This document shows positions 26,866 to 40,820 of a stretch of DNA of 64,000 nt, piece after piece. The first letter of the stretch is position 1; every line of letters begins with the position of its first letter. The stretch is from Syncephalis fuscata S228 (lineage: Eukaryota > Fungi > Zoopagomycota): the NCBI GenBank assembly GCA_025786725.1, contig JAHLTZ010000019.1, forward strand, positions 62,001 through 126,000. The letters run 5' to 3'. The translations under genes and the position numbers were made by a program. The notes beneath the pieces were generated by a model. It was not told the origin of the DNA and searched no databases. It was given only the letters and a program-made list of their open reading frames with translations.

Positions 26866-28781
26866 ATGAGCGAGGAGACACAACAATTGGAGGCAGCTTA
26901 TTGCGAAATGTTGGATCAATTAGAGGGCAGTTCAACGCCTTCGTCACGGATGACAACTACTACTACTACTACCACTGACAATGGTGTTACCACTACAACA
27001 ACTACCACAGTGACTACGGGTTCAACCAATGATTCAACAAGTTTAAATAATGGTGAATCCACGGCTGTTCGAGCCACAACGACAGCTAGTGGGGAATTGC
27101 CATCAATAACTGCCGCTGCCAGTATTGTCAATGACGATGATAATGGCAATAGAGAAGAAGAGGAAGAGGAAGAGGAGGAAGAGACTGAGACAGAAGAAGC
27201 AGAAGCTGATAGCTCGCCTCCAGCTATTAATGAGGATGCACAAAACGAGCTACGTCGTCAAATTCTAAGTATTCAAAATGATGGTAATATCTCCTCGGCA
27301 GAAAAAGCAAAGCAAATTCAGGTAATAATAGCTAATTAGTAATAATTAAGTAATTAATTAATTAATGATTAATACCAATGAAACAATAGCAATTGATGTC
27401 ATTTGGATGGGAAACAGCTCGAAAGCGAGAACAAGCAGCTCGTCGTAAAGCAGCCGGTATAGAAGAAGAGACAGATGATACAAGTACGACACTCAATGGT
27501 CGGATACCCGATGACACACCGCCTACACAGGCCGATCTACGAGCCAGTTATCATGTAATAATCGTTATAATGTGTAAATAATGGATATGCTAATTAATAA
27601 GTGGTAATAGGATGAGTTACGTAATATTTATGGCTGTAAACATTATCAACGAGGTGTCAAATTAAAAGCCAATTGCTGTGGTCGCTGGTTTCCTTGTCGA
27701 TTCTGTCATGATGATGTTTGTGATCATAACATTGTTCGGTAAGTAATTATAATATAATATAACATAATACAACTAGCTGTATTTCCTAATATTTAACATT
27801 TATTATAACTTTATATTTATATAGACGCGATACAAAAGTGATGATGTGCATGCGATGCAAATTAGTACAACCTGCTGCTCAAGATTGTAGCAATCCTGAA
27901 TGTCGTGTCCGCGTTGCTCATTATTATTGCAATACTTGTAAACTATGGGATGACAATACAGATCGCTCTATTTACCATTGCGATAAATGTGGCATATGCC
28001 GTTTAGGTCGAGGACTGGGACATGATTACTTTCACTGCGAGAAATGTAATGTATGCATGGCTACTAGTCTACAAGGCAGACATCGATGCATTGAACGAAA
28101 TCTCGAATGCGATTGTCCAATTTGTGGTGAATATTTGTTTACTTCAACCAGTACAGTTATCTTTATGGTAAGTCTTTTAAGTATATGACACACACAGCTA
28201 ATACAACTATATTTGACCTGTAGCGATGTGGCCATTGTATTCATTTAAAGTGTCATGAACAACATCTGCGTACTAGTTATCAATGTCCCACTTGTCTCAA
28301 ATCACTTGCCGATATGACTGACTACTTTGCTCGTATCGACACGGTATTGGGACAGCAACAAATGCCACAGGAATATGAACGCTTTGTATCGATGGTATTG
28401 TGCAATGATTGTGAACGTCGTGGCTATGCCAAATTCCACTTTTTATATCACAAATGTGCCCATTGTGGCTCATACAACACAAAGGTGCTAAGTACATTAC
28501 AACGTGACGAAATGGATCCTAGTATACCCGAATCAACTGTAACAACACCTCGATACCGAGGTGCAGATTTATCGGGCAGTGAACAAGACGAAGAAGATGA
28601 AGACGAGGATATTGAAGATGAAGGAGATGAGGATGAGGATGAAGAAGAAGATATCGAAGACGAAGAAGATGAAGAAGAAGAAGATGGAGAAGAAGATGGA
28701 GAAGAGATAGAGATGGAGACATCGCACGAACCTGAAGACGAGTCACATTTAACAGAGATTGAAGAGCCTGAGTTAGATTGA
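26866..28781 (+). CDS. RCHY1: CHY zinc finger / RING E3 ligase (Pirh2-like)
   Basis: GCKHYQRGVKLKANCCGRWFPCRFCHD, YYCNTCKLWD, HRCIE...CPICGEYLFTS, CGHCIH, LCNDC...YHKCAHCGSYNT; acidic tracts. Confidence 0.92.
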
Positions 28782-28898
28782 GATGCGAATATTTATAGAA
28801 AGAACGCGCCAATGAATTTAACAATAAATATTCACCTTTTTCATTTTGTTATCGTGTTACTACTCCTATAACTATAGCTATATTACTATCAAATAACT

Positions 28899-29180
28899 AT
28901 GCCTCAACCAGTGGAGACTACTCGGTTTATCGAAAACAGTACAACTACTTGTGATTATCGCGCACTTAAAGCATGTTTAGAACGACATCAAGGCGATAGA
29001 GCAAAATGTACGGCCGAATGGGAGGCATTTCAAGAAGCATGTGCAATCAGACGACGGTAAGTCGGCTATTTATTACTATAAGCTGTAATAACCCATTTAT
29101 ATTCATTTAGTAAAGTGCAAGGCATCACCGAGTGTAAACCGTGTGCCATACCGTCCTCATCTACCACTGCTGCTTCGTAG
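28899..29180 (+). CDS. Small CHCH-like twin-Cys protein, 75 aa; exons 28899-29056 and 29111-29180; absent from ORF track
   Basis: MPQPVETTRFIENSTTTCDYRALKACLERHQGDRAKCTAEWEAFQEACAIRRRKVQGITECKPCAIPSSSTTAAS. GTAAGT...TAG intron keeps the frame. Confidence 0.75.
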
Positions 29181-29349
29181 ACATAATAGTAACAATAATA
29201 AAAAACTTTTAATTAATTAATTAATCAATTACTTAACTGAATGGTTTTAAATGTTAAAAAAAAAGAAAAAACAAAAATCGATTGTGCTTTTTCTTTACTC
29301 TTTGATCGTGAGCCATTCTTCTCTATATACATACATATAAATTAAAGTA

Positions 29350-32300
29350 ATGTCGGACGGAGCAGCTCCTAGTAAATTGCAGTTAAAGTCGAGGTAGATT
29401 GTTGCATTAATGGTATAGCGCGTAATGCTTACGCTGGTTTAATAGTTATCGGTCTGTATCGACTATTGAAGCAATCTATACAGGTGGTCCTTGTGCAGTC
29501 ACTCGCGACGAAGCATTTCTATTCTGCACAGTCAATACAGATGTCTATGTAGTCAGTCTAGAGGATGGTCGAAAGAAGGCCGAACTGGCTGGTGTAAGTA
29601 AAATAGACCGATAAAGTCTATCTATTATAAATGATATAATAATAATGACAATAATGACAATAATAGGATTCAGAAGTAGTGACGGCCTTGGCGATTAAAC
29701 CCAATGGACAACAAATAGTTACAGCAAGTCGTAGTTTACAACTACGTGTTTGGGATCTTTCAACGTATAAAACAATTCGTTCATTCAAAGTAAGTTTTAA
29801 TAAATATGATGTGACACACACATATATATACATATTACATTATCAATATTAACTTGATAATACAATATAATAGGTTCATGAAGCACCAGTTATTGTTATG
29901 ACTATTGATGAGACATCAACCCTTGTAGCAACAGGATCAGCCGATTCAACTGTCAAAGTCTGGGATATTGACGGTGGATATTGCACACATAACTTCCGTG
30001 GTCATTCGGGTGTAGTCAGTGCCATACAGTTCCATCCTGATCCAAAACGACTCTGGTTAGCTACTGGTGCCGATGATTGTCAAGTACGTGTATGGGATTT
30101 GAATAAGAGCGAGTAAGTATACGATAGTTTATAAGTGTTTTAAATAATAGCTTTGTTAATAATGTCTATAATAGATGTATTGCAGTGCTAGACAGCCATG
30201 TAAGTGTTGTACGTGGCCTAGCATTCACAAGCAACGACGACCATCTTATAAGTGGATCGCGAGATAAAGTTGTCAATGTATGGAATTTGAAGAACAAAAG
30301 TCTAGCCCACACATTCCCAGTTTACGAGGTAATAACTACATTATTGTTAAATGACTGTATTACTAATGTGTATAATAATAATAATAATAATAATAATAAA
30401 ATAGGGACTTGAAACAGTTGGTTTAATAGATGCTGGCACAGTAATTAATGGCCAAGTATTGAAACATCAAGCATTTTATACGGGTGGTGAAAAAGGTAAA
30501 TATTTGTATAATAAAAAGATCCATTGATATTAATATATAATAGGCACTATTCGAGTATGGGATTACACATCAGGCGAATTACTGTCTGAATCAGCAAACA
30601 ATTCAAATGCCAAATTTACATTCACAGATGTTTTGTAAGTCAATACCATCTATTATTAATTGCTATAATTGATTAATACTTGTAATAGACATAGCAAATC
30701 ATCGGGACAGCTATACGGTATTACAAGCGATCAGAATATTCTTATTTATCAATTGGCAGATTGTATACGCCCAATACGCCAACTTGTTGGTTACAACGAT
30801 GAGATTATCGATCTAGCTTATTTGGGCGAAGATGAATCTTATTTAGCAGTTATTACAAATAGCGAACAGGTAAATAGACTGCTTCATAAATGCTATACTG
30901 TACTGTTTATACATATATACTGACATCTACCGCAACAGATTCGTGTATTTGATCTTGAAACATTTAGCTGTGATATTGTATACGGCCATGCGGACACAGC
31001 TCTATGTGTAGCACATCGTCCCAAAGGCGATATCATGGTGACGGCCGGTAAAGATAGAACGGCTCGTGTGTGGTCCGTTAATATGATGGCCACGACAACC
31101 GAGGATAGGTAAGAGGCAAACTCCTTTTGATGCATATAGACTCTAATGCCAACCCATTCATTGCTAGATTCAAATTACTTGGTACCTGTGTTGGGCATAC
31201 TGAATCAATTGGATCGGTTGCTGTGCCTAATCGATCAGATGATTTTATTATTACAGTTAGTCAAGATCGCACAGTAAAGTATTGGGACTTGACGGCCATT
31301 GGTAAGTAATTCGGCAGTATAATCGTCATTTTGGATAAACTAATCTAACGGTGATGATCACACGACCAGATGTCACGTCCATTGCACCTGATAGTGGATA
31401 TAAGATTAAATCACAGTATACACACCAGGCCCACGATAAAGATATCAACACAGTCTCGATTGCTCCAAACGACAAGCTATTCGTCACGGGATCCCAAGAT
31501 AAAACGGCCAAAGTATGGTCTTGTGCAGATGGTAGTCTTGTCGGTGTTTGCAAGGGTCATAAGCGCGGCGTCTGGTGTGCACGATTCTCGCCTATGGATC
31601 AAGTGCTGGTCACGAGTTCTGGTGACAAGACAGTTCGTCTATGGTCATTGACCGACTTTAGCTGCATCAAGGTAGGGAGCTTACTGTATTAGTTAATCAT
31701 GGCTATTAAACAATAGCGTGGCTAATGATACTGAATAGACCTTTGAAGGACATACAAGTTCTGTGCTACGAGTAGCCTTTTTGACAGCCGGTACCCAACT
31801 CATTAGCAGTGGTTCCGATGGTCTAATTAAGTTATGGAATATTAAAAGCAATGAATGTATCGATACAGTAGATGAACATGAAGATAAGGTAGATAGAGTA
31901 GTAAAACAAATACTAACCAACAATGGCTAATTGATTGATTGATTGCGTTTAGATATGGGCTTTAACCGTTCGTAGTGACGAGAATCGAATGGCATCAGGC
32001 AGTGCCGATTCTACTATTCATATCTGGCAAGATTTCACACAAGAAGATCGTGAAGAAGAGCGTCAAAAACAAGCAGATTTAGTTGAAAAGTAAGTTGTTA
32101 TTATGGTAATAAATATGACATTAATAATATTATCTATTTGTCTATTTATTTAGAGAACAAGTACTTTCTAATTATTTATTAAAGAAAGATTACAAGAATG
32201 CTATTTTACTTGCTTTATCGCTTGAACAGCCACATCGACTTTTATCGTTATTTAAAGATGTATTGGATCAACGCTCCCAAGGTAAATGGCTAATTATTAC

Positions 32301-32910
32301 TATTGTGTATTTTATCCATTCTAATAATTCATTCTAATAATTCATTCTATAATAATAGGTGTTATGACGACCGATAGCATCACAGGCTCTATTGAAATTG
32401 ACGAGATTATTAAAGAACTGGATACAGCACAAGTAAGCAGTTTAATTAATGACTCGTTTATATTAATTTACTAATCTATTTATCTATTTATCTATTTATC
32501 TAGCTATCTTTAATACTTGGCTATATTCGAGATTGGAATACAAATGCCAAAAAGAGTAGAACAGCCCAAACTATACTACACGCTATATTAAAATCACGAC
32601 GTGTCGAAGAACTACAACAAGTTACTAATATTAAAGAAGTAAGTTTAATAGTAATAAATAGTATGTTAAAACACTAATTAATTTATTATTGTTGTTATGG
32701 TTATTATTACAGCTCACGGATAGTATGATTCCATTTACTGATCGTCATTTTGCCCGTCTTGACGCTCTCCTTACCCAATCCTACATTGTTGACTATACAT
32801 TACGGGCCATGGATCGACACGGACCCGTTGGCAATGAATTGCTTACCCATTCTTTAACGGCTACCTCCAATATGAGTAATGGAATGGTCGTGGACACAAA
32901 AGACGATTAA
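29350..32910 (+). CDS. UTP13: WD40 U3 snoRNP protein Utp13/TBL3
   Basis: [74 protein letters not shown]...SYIVDYTL. Confidence 0.95.
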
Positions 32911-35204
32911 TAGATGAGCAAATCAACGTGTACACAACACAACACAATAAAATAAAACATTTGATTAAAACCATTAATGATCTAATAATAACCTGTGGAA
33001 TATAGTATGCATCGCTGATTGGTATTTACTTATGCCATTGCTGTTCATCGTACATATGATTTGCGTATTGTACGTGGCAAACCATCTTTAGTTACACTCA
33101 GTGGCATTAGTATTACAGAAAATCAATCACTCGCTTTAGTCTATTCTGGCCTATGGCTATGTTGGTCATACGCGGTAATGTCGTATTGCCGCTGCTTTTG
33201 TTTCACTTGTCGAGTCGACTAATGTCAACATTATGTTTTATCTTTATATACAATGAACAAAGCAATGTATTGTCTAATTCTATTAATATGCATTAAATTC
33301 AACGGACAACAGGAGTAACCGGTCTGTATAGACGAGAAAGGACAAATGAGTGCAAGTAAAGCACTATTGAATCATCTGAGGTACGAATGAAATGTTACCT
33401 TTTGACTATTCTGCATCTGGCATGTGTTACAACTGAAGATGTCACATGCACATCAGGCGTACGACCATGTATAGAGAAAGAGATCCGGTAAAGACAAGAT
33501 CATTCTCTATCAGAGAGAGTACTATGAAGTCGACACGGAAAAGGGCTACCATTTAATTAGAACGGCCAAAGGATTGCTCTACTTGTTGCGCAATACGGCT
33601 ATTTGTCTTGTTTCAACATCATTTTCTTGATTTTATTATATTTATTACTATTAGTAGTATTGTAACTTTGCTATTTACTAGCAATAGCTTAATAGATACT
33701 AGTTAATCGGCTGCCATACAACCACTGCATGTGATAAGTCACGCGTTGCTGATTTGAAATAGAGCAGCAGCTGCCACAGCAGCCGTAACAGTAATAGTAA
33801 TAGCTGTTTTACGCTATAGTCTATATATCATTCTATTGTATTGGACTCTAAACGTCCAGTGATCGCTTAATCCATTGTGTCGGCGTTGGAATTTCATTTA
33901 TCGTCATTTTAAGCTGCCCCTTTTTTCCCTTCTATATAGTTAATATTAGCCGCAACGACCGCTAATTATTCTACTCTCTCTCTCTCACTTTCTTTACTTT
34001 CTCTACGCAAATAACAACGACTACCTCCACGGTCGCCCTTTGAAGTGGAGAAAGTGACCCTTACTTCCTTTTTTTCTTCCTTTCAACCGCCACCACCACG
34101 ATAACAAGTACTTTTTCATCATTGTATGTCTAAAACTACGCACCACACTTAACCACCAAACCGACTACCACCATAAAAAACAACGAGTTCTATCTATTCT
34201 ACGGGTTCTTTCATTTACTACTGCTTGCTTATACTTTCTATTTTTTTGGCTTTAGCATTGCTAAACGTCATTTTCCCTATTCTTCTTCCTCCTTATTGGT
34301 ACTATTGTGTTAAAACGACCCTTCTTTGGCCCTATTCTCTTCTCACTTGTCAACGTACCAACTTGTAAGAAGTAACAAAAGGTATAGCGGCATTTTACTG
34401 TGTGTTTTGTTTTCTTGATCTAGCGTTTTTACACTTTGTAGTTGCTACCCTTGGTTTCACCGCTTGTATTTACCTATTACTTTTTATTAGTAATAGTAAT
34501 ATTACCTTACCACTATTGTTACAACTATTTGTATAGCCATAGTAGTTCTATTGTGTCTGGTCCACGTGCTTCACAACTTACCTTCTCTTTCTATTACTTG
34601 TTCTTCTTATTCCTGCGCCGCTTCTACGCTTCTGCAACGACCCACCTTGACTGCCGTGCGTAATAGCCACAGTCTCGGCCAAGCACACCTAAAAGAAACA
34701 ATACCACAGACACACCACCACACAAGACCGCTTTGTTTCCTTTCACTTTTAAGCATTTATCGCTATCATCTTACTCTTTATATTATATTATATCTATTCA
34801 ACTCTCATCTACTCATTGATCCCTTCTTCCGAGTCTATTCTGAGTGCAAAGAAACAGCTTTGCAGTCGGAGCTTAGTACTTGTGACTTTGACCCTCGCTT
34901 TCTCCCACTCTCAGTTCTTAAACTCCGTCTCAGCTTGTGGCTAAAATTGCGCGGAGGTAGTAGTTGGCTTGGACGCGCACCATTCCGTTTACTGCCGCTA
35001 CTTTATAACAGCAACCACTACTGCATGCATTGACCAGCAATCGTTTTCGAACCTCCGTTAATACTATTATTCTATTTATACCACGCACACCGCCTTGTTC
35101 TGTACACCAACTGCTCGGCCTTGTTCAAGCCTTAACAATTTTCAACTAGTTTTTCTTTCGTTTATTTCTTTGCATCTTTCTACATCTACACGAAGCTATC
35201 AATC

Positions 35205-37973
35205 ATGGGTGCTCAAATGAGCAAAGAGCAGGGCCACCTGCATTTTGGTTACTGCCTCGAACAGGATACGCTGGTTGAGGAAATTAAGGAAAAAGAAGAC
35301 GCAGGCGGTCATTCACCTAGCGATGCTCGTCCAGGATCTACTACAGGCGACGATGAACAGCTATTAGCCTCACTTATTGCCGTATTTGAAGATGGACGGC
35401 CACCTTTCTCAGTGGCTACATCGGCCCATCCACATCTACATCCAACGACTACACTTAACACAGCTGGAAATAACTTGAATTCAGCCCCTACACAGCCATC
35501 CGATTTGCCTATTGGTGCATCTAATAATCATCTTCATGTTACCTGGAATGCCGATACACTACTCGATCTAGTTAGTGATGAAGGTAGTGACGATGAAGAT
35601 GATCATGAAAATGCCACTGGATTTGCTTCTATTTATGGCCAACTTGACATTGCTGACGATATGAATGATCGATCGCCGGACGACCGATACACTCAATGGA
35701 TGCCAACAGATGCTTTGTCGCTTGATACATCACCGGAATTAATAACTGACAAAATACTTGCGGACAATTCGACTGATAAATGCCATGAAAACCCTACAGA
35801 TCAACAAAACAACACGGCAGAGAATGAGAAAGATTCGCAAAGACCAAGTATGGCATCTGCACGGCCGTCTATGTCAAAATCGCCAACTCAATTAAAGCCA
35901 CTGACCTTTGACCAGCTACCATCGACGGGTGCGCTTATTGGTTTATGTGGAGCACGTCTACGTAGACTATCACCTAATATTGGTTTGTTACAAAGTCTTG
36001 TATGCCTACAGCTATGTTGTAATCAACTGCGATCACTACCGCCGGAGATTGGACATTTGACTGGTCTACGTACGTTGGATCTATCAGGCAACCAGCTTCG
36101 TCGTCTACCAGAAACAATAGGCCACCTTACACAGTTGACTGTATTACGCGTTTCTCGTAATCGTTTACAAGCATTGCCACGTTCTATTGGACGACTTGAA
36201 CGACTTGAACGACTGGCTATTGATCGTAACAGACTAACACAGTTGCCATCGGAAATTGGCCAATTAAAACGACTTGGGTGGATGGATGTGCGTTGGAATA
36301 CTGAGTTATCGGCATTACCAGCTGAACTTATCCGATTGGCATTTTTACGTCGACTACGCACGACGGGCTGTCCATTGCAGCGTCGCCGTATTTCACACCG
36401 AGAACGGGCAGCCGATGATGGTACATTGTTTGCTTTTGAACCCATTATATTGGCTGGAGGCGATATACCGCCACCATTGGCACCAGAGACGAGTAGCCGT
36501 ACACGCACACGGACCACATCAGCACCGGTTGTAGGCGATGGTGCTACTGAAGGTATTTCTGATGTACCACAGCCTGTACTGCCTGTCGATCCTACTGGCC
36601 CACCTAGTCTACGCGAATTGGCTGCTCGTACGATTATTCGTCACCAAATGCCGTTACCTGCTAACCTGCCTGCTTCTTTAAAACGCTATCTTTCCTCGGC
36701 TACTCGATGCACAGAATGTAATGGCCCATTTTTTGAGCATACACATCGTCGTCGACGGTTATTTATGAAGCAATATCGTGAAATCTGGCTTGAATATCAG
36801 CTATGTTCGCCTCATTGGGCAACAGATCGCGAAAGAATTGCTTGTCTATTTGGTGAATTACCACCAACGGCCATGTCCTACGATCAGAACGATAATACAA
36901 GTTATGATAAATCGACAGATAGGCAACGACAAAGACATGCCAACAATACGCTACGACAAACGACGGCCATGCACAATAACGACAACGTTGATCCAAATGG
37001 CGTTGATGGTGGCACCTTTTCTGGTCTACCTAGTCAGCGTCGACGAAGCACATTGATGAATATTGCCACGCGTACCATGGGTCGTTCCTCGACTATACGT
37101 CGCATGAGTCTTTTAATGTCTGACCATGGATCGGATAGTAAACAACAGCAACAGCAGCAACAAAAACAAGTTGAAACTGTTCCTTTAGCTTTATTATTTA
37201 CACCGCCACCAGCTCCAGCGATTTCAATTGCTCAATTGGAACAAAAAACAACGACAAAATCGACCCGCCCTTCATTGTCTATTAAACGTACACGGGGCAA
37301 TACCCGTCCCACGGCAATGTCAATTATTGGCATGAATAACAATAATGTGAATGGTAATGTTGCTAATATTAGTAATGGCAATGGCAATAGCGTGCCAATG
37401 GATACGACTTTATCAAATGCTACGTTTGAAAGTATTACAGCAGCAGCTACTTCGACTATGACTACTGATTCAAGTGCTACTAGCGGCAACCCAGCCACAT
37501 CCATGGCCATGGCCAGTGGATCTAACTTGGCAGTTGGACCAACTCATTTACTAACGACCATTGCCACTGCTCGTACTGCGTTGGCTAATTTCAATGATGC
37601 GGCCTTTTCTCCGCCCAATTCACCCGGTGCTGAATCAATTTTATCAGCCCATGAGCTTGATGTGGATCCGGATGCAATTGATGTGCTTATTTCGTCCGAT
37701 AATAACGATAGATTAATGAGTGCTGCCTCAAGTGGATTGCTTATTTCTTCCCCTTCGTCGACATCGATTCTATCAGGACATGGACACTTTACACTATCGC
37801 CACCACCATCGTCTTCTTCGCAAATTGACGGTACAAGTTCGTTATCTGATGGCACAACGACCATTGGACGCAAAACAACTTTAGTGGGTAGTATTCGTCG
37901 TCGTCTTGGAGCTAGATCTCGTCCTAGTGCTCGTTCATTACGACGAGCTTTTGTAAGCGATCAAACGAATTAG
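35205..37973 (+). CDS. Leucine-rich-repeat protein with LRRC58/LRRC28-type BC-box and Cys-rich domain, 922 aa, intronless
   Basis: About six 23-aa LRRs (LxxLxLxxNxLxxLPxxIG). PPSLRELAARTI...LPASLKRYLSSATRCTECNGPFF...YQLCSPHW. MGAQMS myristoylation-type N-terminus. Confidence 0.85.
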   Translation: MGAQMSKEQGHLHFGYCLEQDTLVEEIKEKEDAGGHSPSDARPGSTTGDDEQLLASLIAVFEDGRPPFSVATSAHPHLHPTTTLNTAGNNLNSAPTQPSDLPIGASNNHLHVTWNADTLLDLVSDEGSDDEDDHENATGFASIYGQLDIADDMNDRSPDDRYTQWMPTDALSLDTSPELITDKILADNSTDKCHENPTDQQNNTAENEKDSQRPSMASARPSMSKSPTQLKPLTFDQLPSTGALIGLCGARLRRLSPNIGLLQSLVCLQLCCNQLRSLPPEIGHLTGLRTLDLSGNQLRRLPETIGHLTQLTVLRVSRNRLQALPRSIGRLERLERLAIDRNRLTQLPSEIGQLKRLGWMDVRWNTELSALPAELIRLAFLRRLRTTGCPLQRRRISHRERAADDGTLFAFEPIILAGGDIPPPLAPETSSRTRTRTTSAPVVGDGATEGISDVPQPVLPVDPTGPPSLRELAARTIIRHQMPLPANLPASLKRYLSSATRCTECNGPFFEHTHRRRRLFMKQYREIWLEYQLCSPHWATDRERIACLFGELPPTAMSYDQNDNTSYDKSTDRQRQRHANNTLRQTTAMHNNDNVDPNGVDGGTFSGLPSQRRRSTLMNIATRTMGRSSTIRRMSLLMSDHGSDSKQQQQQQQKQVETVPLALLFTPPPAPAISIAQLEQKTTTKSTRPSLSIKRTRGNTRPTAMSIIGMNNNNVNGNVANISNGNGNSVPMDTTLSNATFESITAAATSTMTTDSSATSGNPATSMAMASGSNLAVGPTHLLTTIATARTALANFNDAAFSPPNSPGAESILSAHELDVDPDAIDVLISSDNNDRLMSAASSGLLISSPSSTSILSGHGHFTLSPPPSSSSQIDGTSSLSDGTTTIGRKTTLVGSIRRRLGARSRPSARSLRRAFVSDQTN

Positions 37974-38811
37974 TTTTATCACGTTTTGTCTGTTGTTTAT
38001 TAGCTTTTATATCCTGCCTATAATAACCATCGGCTATGACTGGTGTATGTGTTTATTCTTGCTATCCTCATATTTTCTTTTGTTATTGTTCGTTCTTTAT
38101 ATCACTTCTCTTCCTATTGTTGTCGTTGTCACTTTTATTTTATAGGCATCGCCAACGGCCATAACACATTCACACTCTTACCTGTCTCTACACTTATCAC
38201 TGATATTAGCACTTGGATTCAAATCCATAAAAATCAAATGTCTTATTAAAATTCGTTGTTTTTTAAATAGTGTTTTAATAGTTGACTAATAATCGTTTTT
38301 AATATTTGTCGTTGCTTATTTAGTAGGCATTTCTTGCGTGAACTAATGCAAGAATAATGCAATCAAACAACTTATAATAATGCGAAATGACACATGACAA
38401 ACATAGTGTAATATCAATAATATCAATAAATAAATATTCTTGATATCATATTTTGTTCTTATGTTTAAGTAATTATAAAGACACTTTACAATTCATCGAC
38501 AAACAATATACATGTTTTTATATACATCATATCCTCAGCTGGTATTTATTTCGTGATAGTGACGTTTATTTAGTGTAGTGACTTGCATCATTACTTAATG
38601 ATAAGACATCGATTATCGAAAAATAACATTCTTGAGCTGCTATTTAAAATGTTTAATTTTATAGTGTTGGCTATTTTGCACATTTTAAAGCATTAAGCAA
38701 TTACTTATGTTTTAATGGCTCATTTGATTTGAATATTCGATATATTTACTATACAAACGTTTTATTTATAACATAAATGCCTTGTCTAATCCGCCTTTCG
38801 CGCTAATTTGA

Positions 38812-40820
38812 CTAATAATGACATTTAATATAGATATTAGAAAAGTTCATCATACGCGTATTCACTTGGAACCAGTGATGTTGTTTCAATGGCGCCTGGA
38901 GCCATATATTTTGCATTGCCATCGAATTGTTCATTATGAGACAAATCGGTGGTTTGTAAATACAGCCTGTTCGCATATCAACAAACCAGTTTTCTTTATA
39001 CTGTGTACCAAGCATAAGGCATAAAGATCCAAGAAAGGGAGTTGGTACCAAGTCGATTGGATAAGTGACTGAACGCAATAGATTGCCATTGCAAGCATCC
39101 AGTACATCTAATGTCTTGCCGTTCTTAACAACAATCAGCTTTTCTCTGTATAGTCCTTTAATTTGAAAGTGGCTTATAGGCCGGCTCCATAATATATGTT
39201 CTTGGTCAGAACAGTCAATTGTAGTAATTGACTGTAATCTCTGGCGTCGAATATTGATTGTAACGAAGCAGCTGGCAAAAACTTGCCTAATACAAATAAT
39301 GATAATGAAACGTCAAATGTTCTACCGGAAATGCGACTTTGATAATCTTTCGTATCCCATGTAGTAATTAAACATATTTTCTCGGTATATATTTCGGTAT
39401 GAATTGCAGCGTTTGAACAAAATAAAATGGCATTTTGCTCTGATAGTATTTTTTTGCATTAAGATCGGCCTTTTTGCCCATCAGATACATTCCATTAGAG
39501 GCGCATTGTTCGAATTTTACCGTTATCGGCTTGTAAGCCTTGAGTAAAACTAGATGTAGAGGCTTTGATGGTTTTCACAAATCTGAGCATTTTTGCTACT
39601 ATTATAAATTGACGCCGGTCGCGAGAAGCAAATTAACACAAGGTACCAGAGCATCTCCGTCTAATATTGGGCCTTTCATCTATTAGTTTCTATTTAAGTT
39701 AAATAAGCCAGCTGTCTGATCTGATGCTCCTCCACATACAGTTTCATAAAACATCCAATCATTATGAATATTTTCGGGCAAGGTAGCACGTATCCTTCAT
39801 GGCCTCTATCATCACCTGCAAAATAAAGAATATTGGGATACGAATCCCCGTTAATACTCCATAATACAAAGGCTTTTCTTGATTGAATAAATCTTCTCTC
39901 TAAATATTCTGTGTCCGAGTACTTATAGTGTTTATCTAAACTATTAGAAATGTTAAATTTAAGTTTTTTAATATACACGCTTTCATTTCAGTTAAACTAA
40001 CTATTATTAATAAAATTAGTGAATATTTTATATAGTTGTTAATGTTTTGTAATTATTAGTTACCTATTGGATTGCCAATACAGACGGCCTTTACGTCATT
40101 GTATATAGGTAGAAAACATAAGCCACAATACATTGATGTGTTGCATGAACAGAGTAAATTCTTGGTTTACCATCAAATAAAATTGATGATGAAATGGTTA
40201 ATTCTTTTCAAGCCAATTCTTCTTCGTTTTGTTCAGTTTGTTTGCTAAAAACACTATGTTGAATTACCCGCACACTTGTTTCTTGCTTGTTTTTTACAAA
40301 TGCATTCCATGGATTTACACTAATTAGATCAAGTTGCGTGCGTCTGTCAAGTGGTAACTCGCACTCTCGCTTTTTAAATTGCCCAGCCATAAAATTATAA
40401 TTAGTTTGGCGACAACGTTGGCAAATATAAAACCATTGTGCGGCATCAAAATCAAAAATGGCCGATATAAAAAAATTAGGTAGTGTGCATTCATAATCTT
40501 TGTTATCGTTGGCTGTAGCGGTAGGCTATAATAAGCGTTTTCGCTTTTTCTTATTTACATCGGGTGTAGATTCTCTTAATTTCGCTACAACATTGATATA
40601 CCAGTTATACCATGTAAGCCATTCTTGTTCTCGTCGATCACCTAGTGGAAATGTTTCTATATTGTCGTTCCCAATAATCAGATCGATTAACTATAGTCTG
40701 GTAGATAAATCGACAGCTGGCGGCAAAGAGTACCAGTTCTTGAACTTCCATAAAGTAATACAAGTACAGTAAGATGTCATAGGTTTGCCATATGCAATGA
40801 CTGTTGGCACTCAAAGTCAT
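38812..40820 (-). pseudogene. F-box protein pseudogene of a lineage-expanded family
   Basis: MTLSANSHCIWQTYDILLYLYYFMEVQELVLFAASCRFIYQTIVNRSDYWERQY (F-box-like), then FPLGDRREQEWLTWY and WFYICQRCRQTNYNFMAGQF. Frameshift near 40650, in-frame TAG at 40526-40528, fragmented downstream ORFs. 3' limit approximate. Confidence 0.7.
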
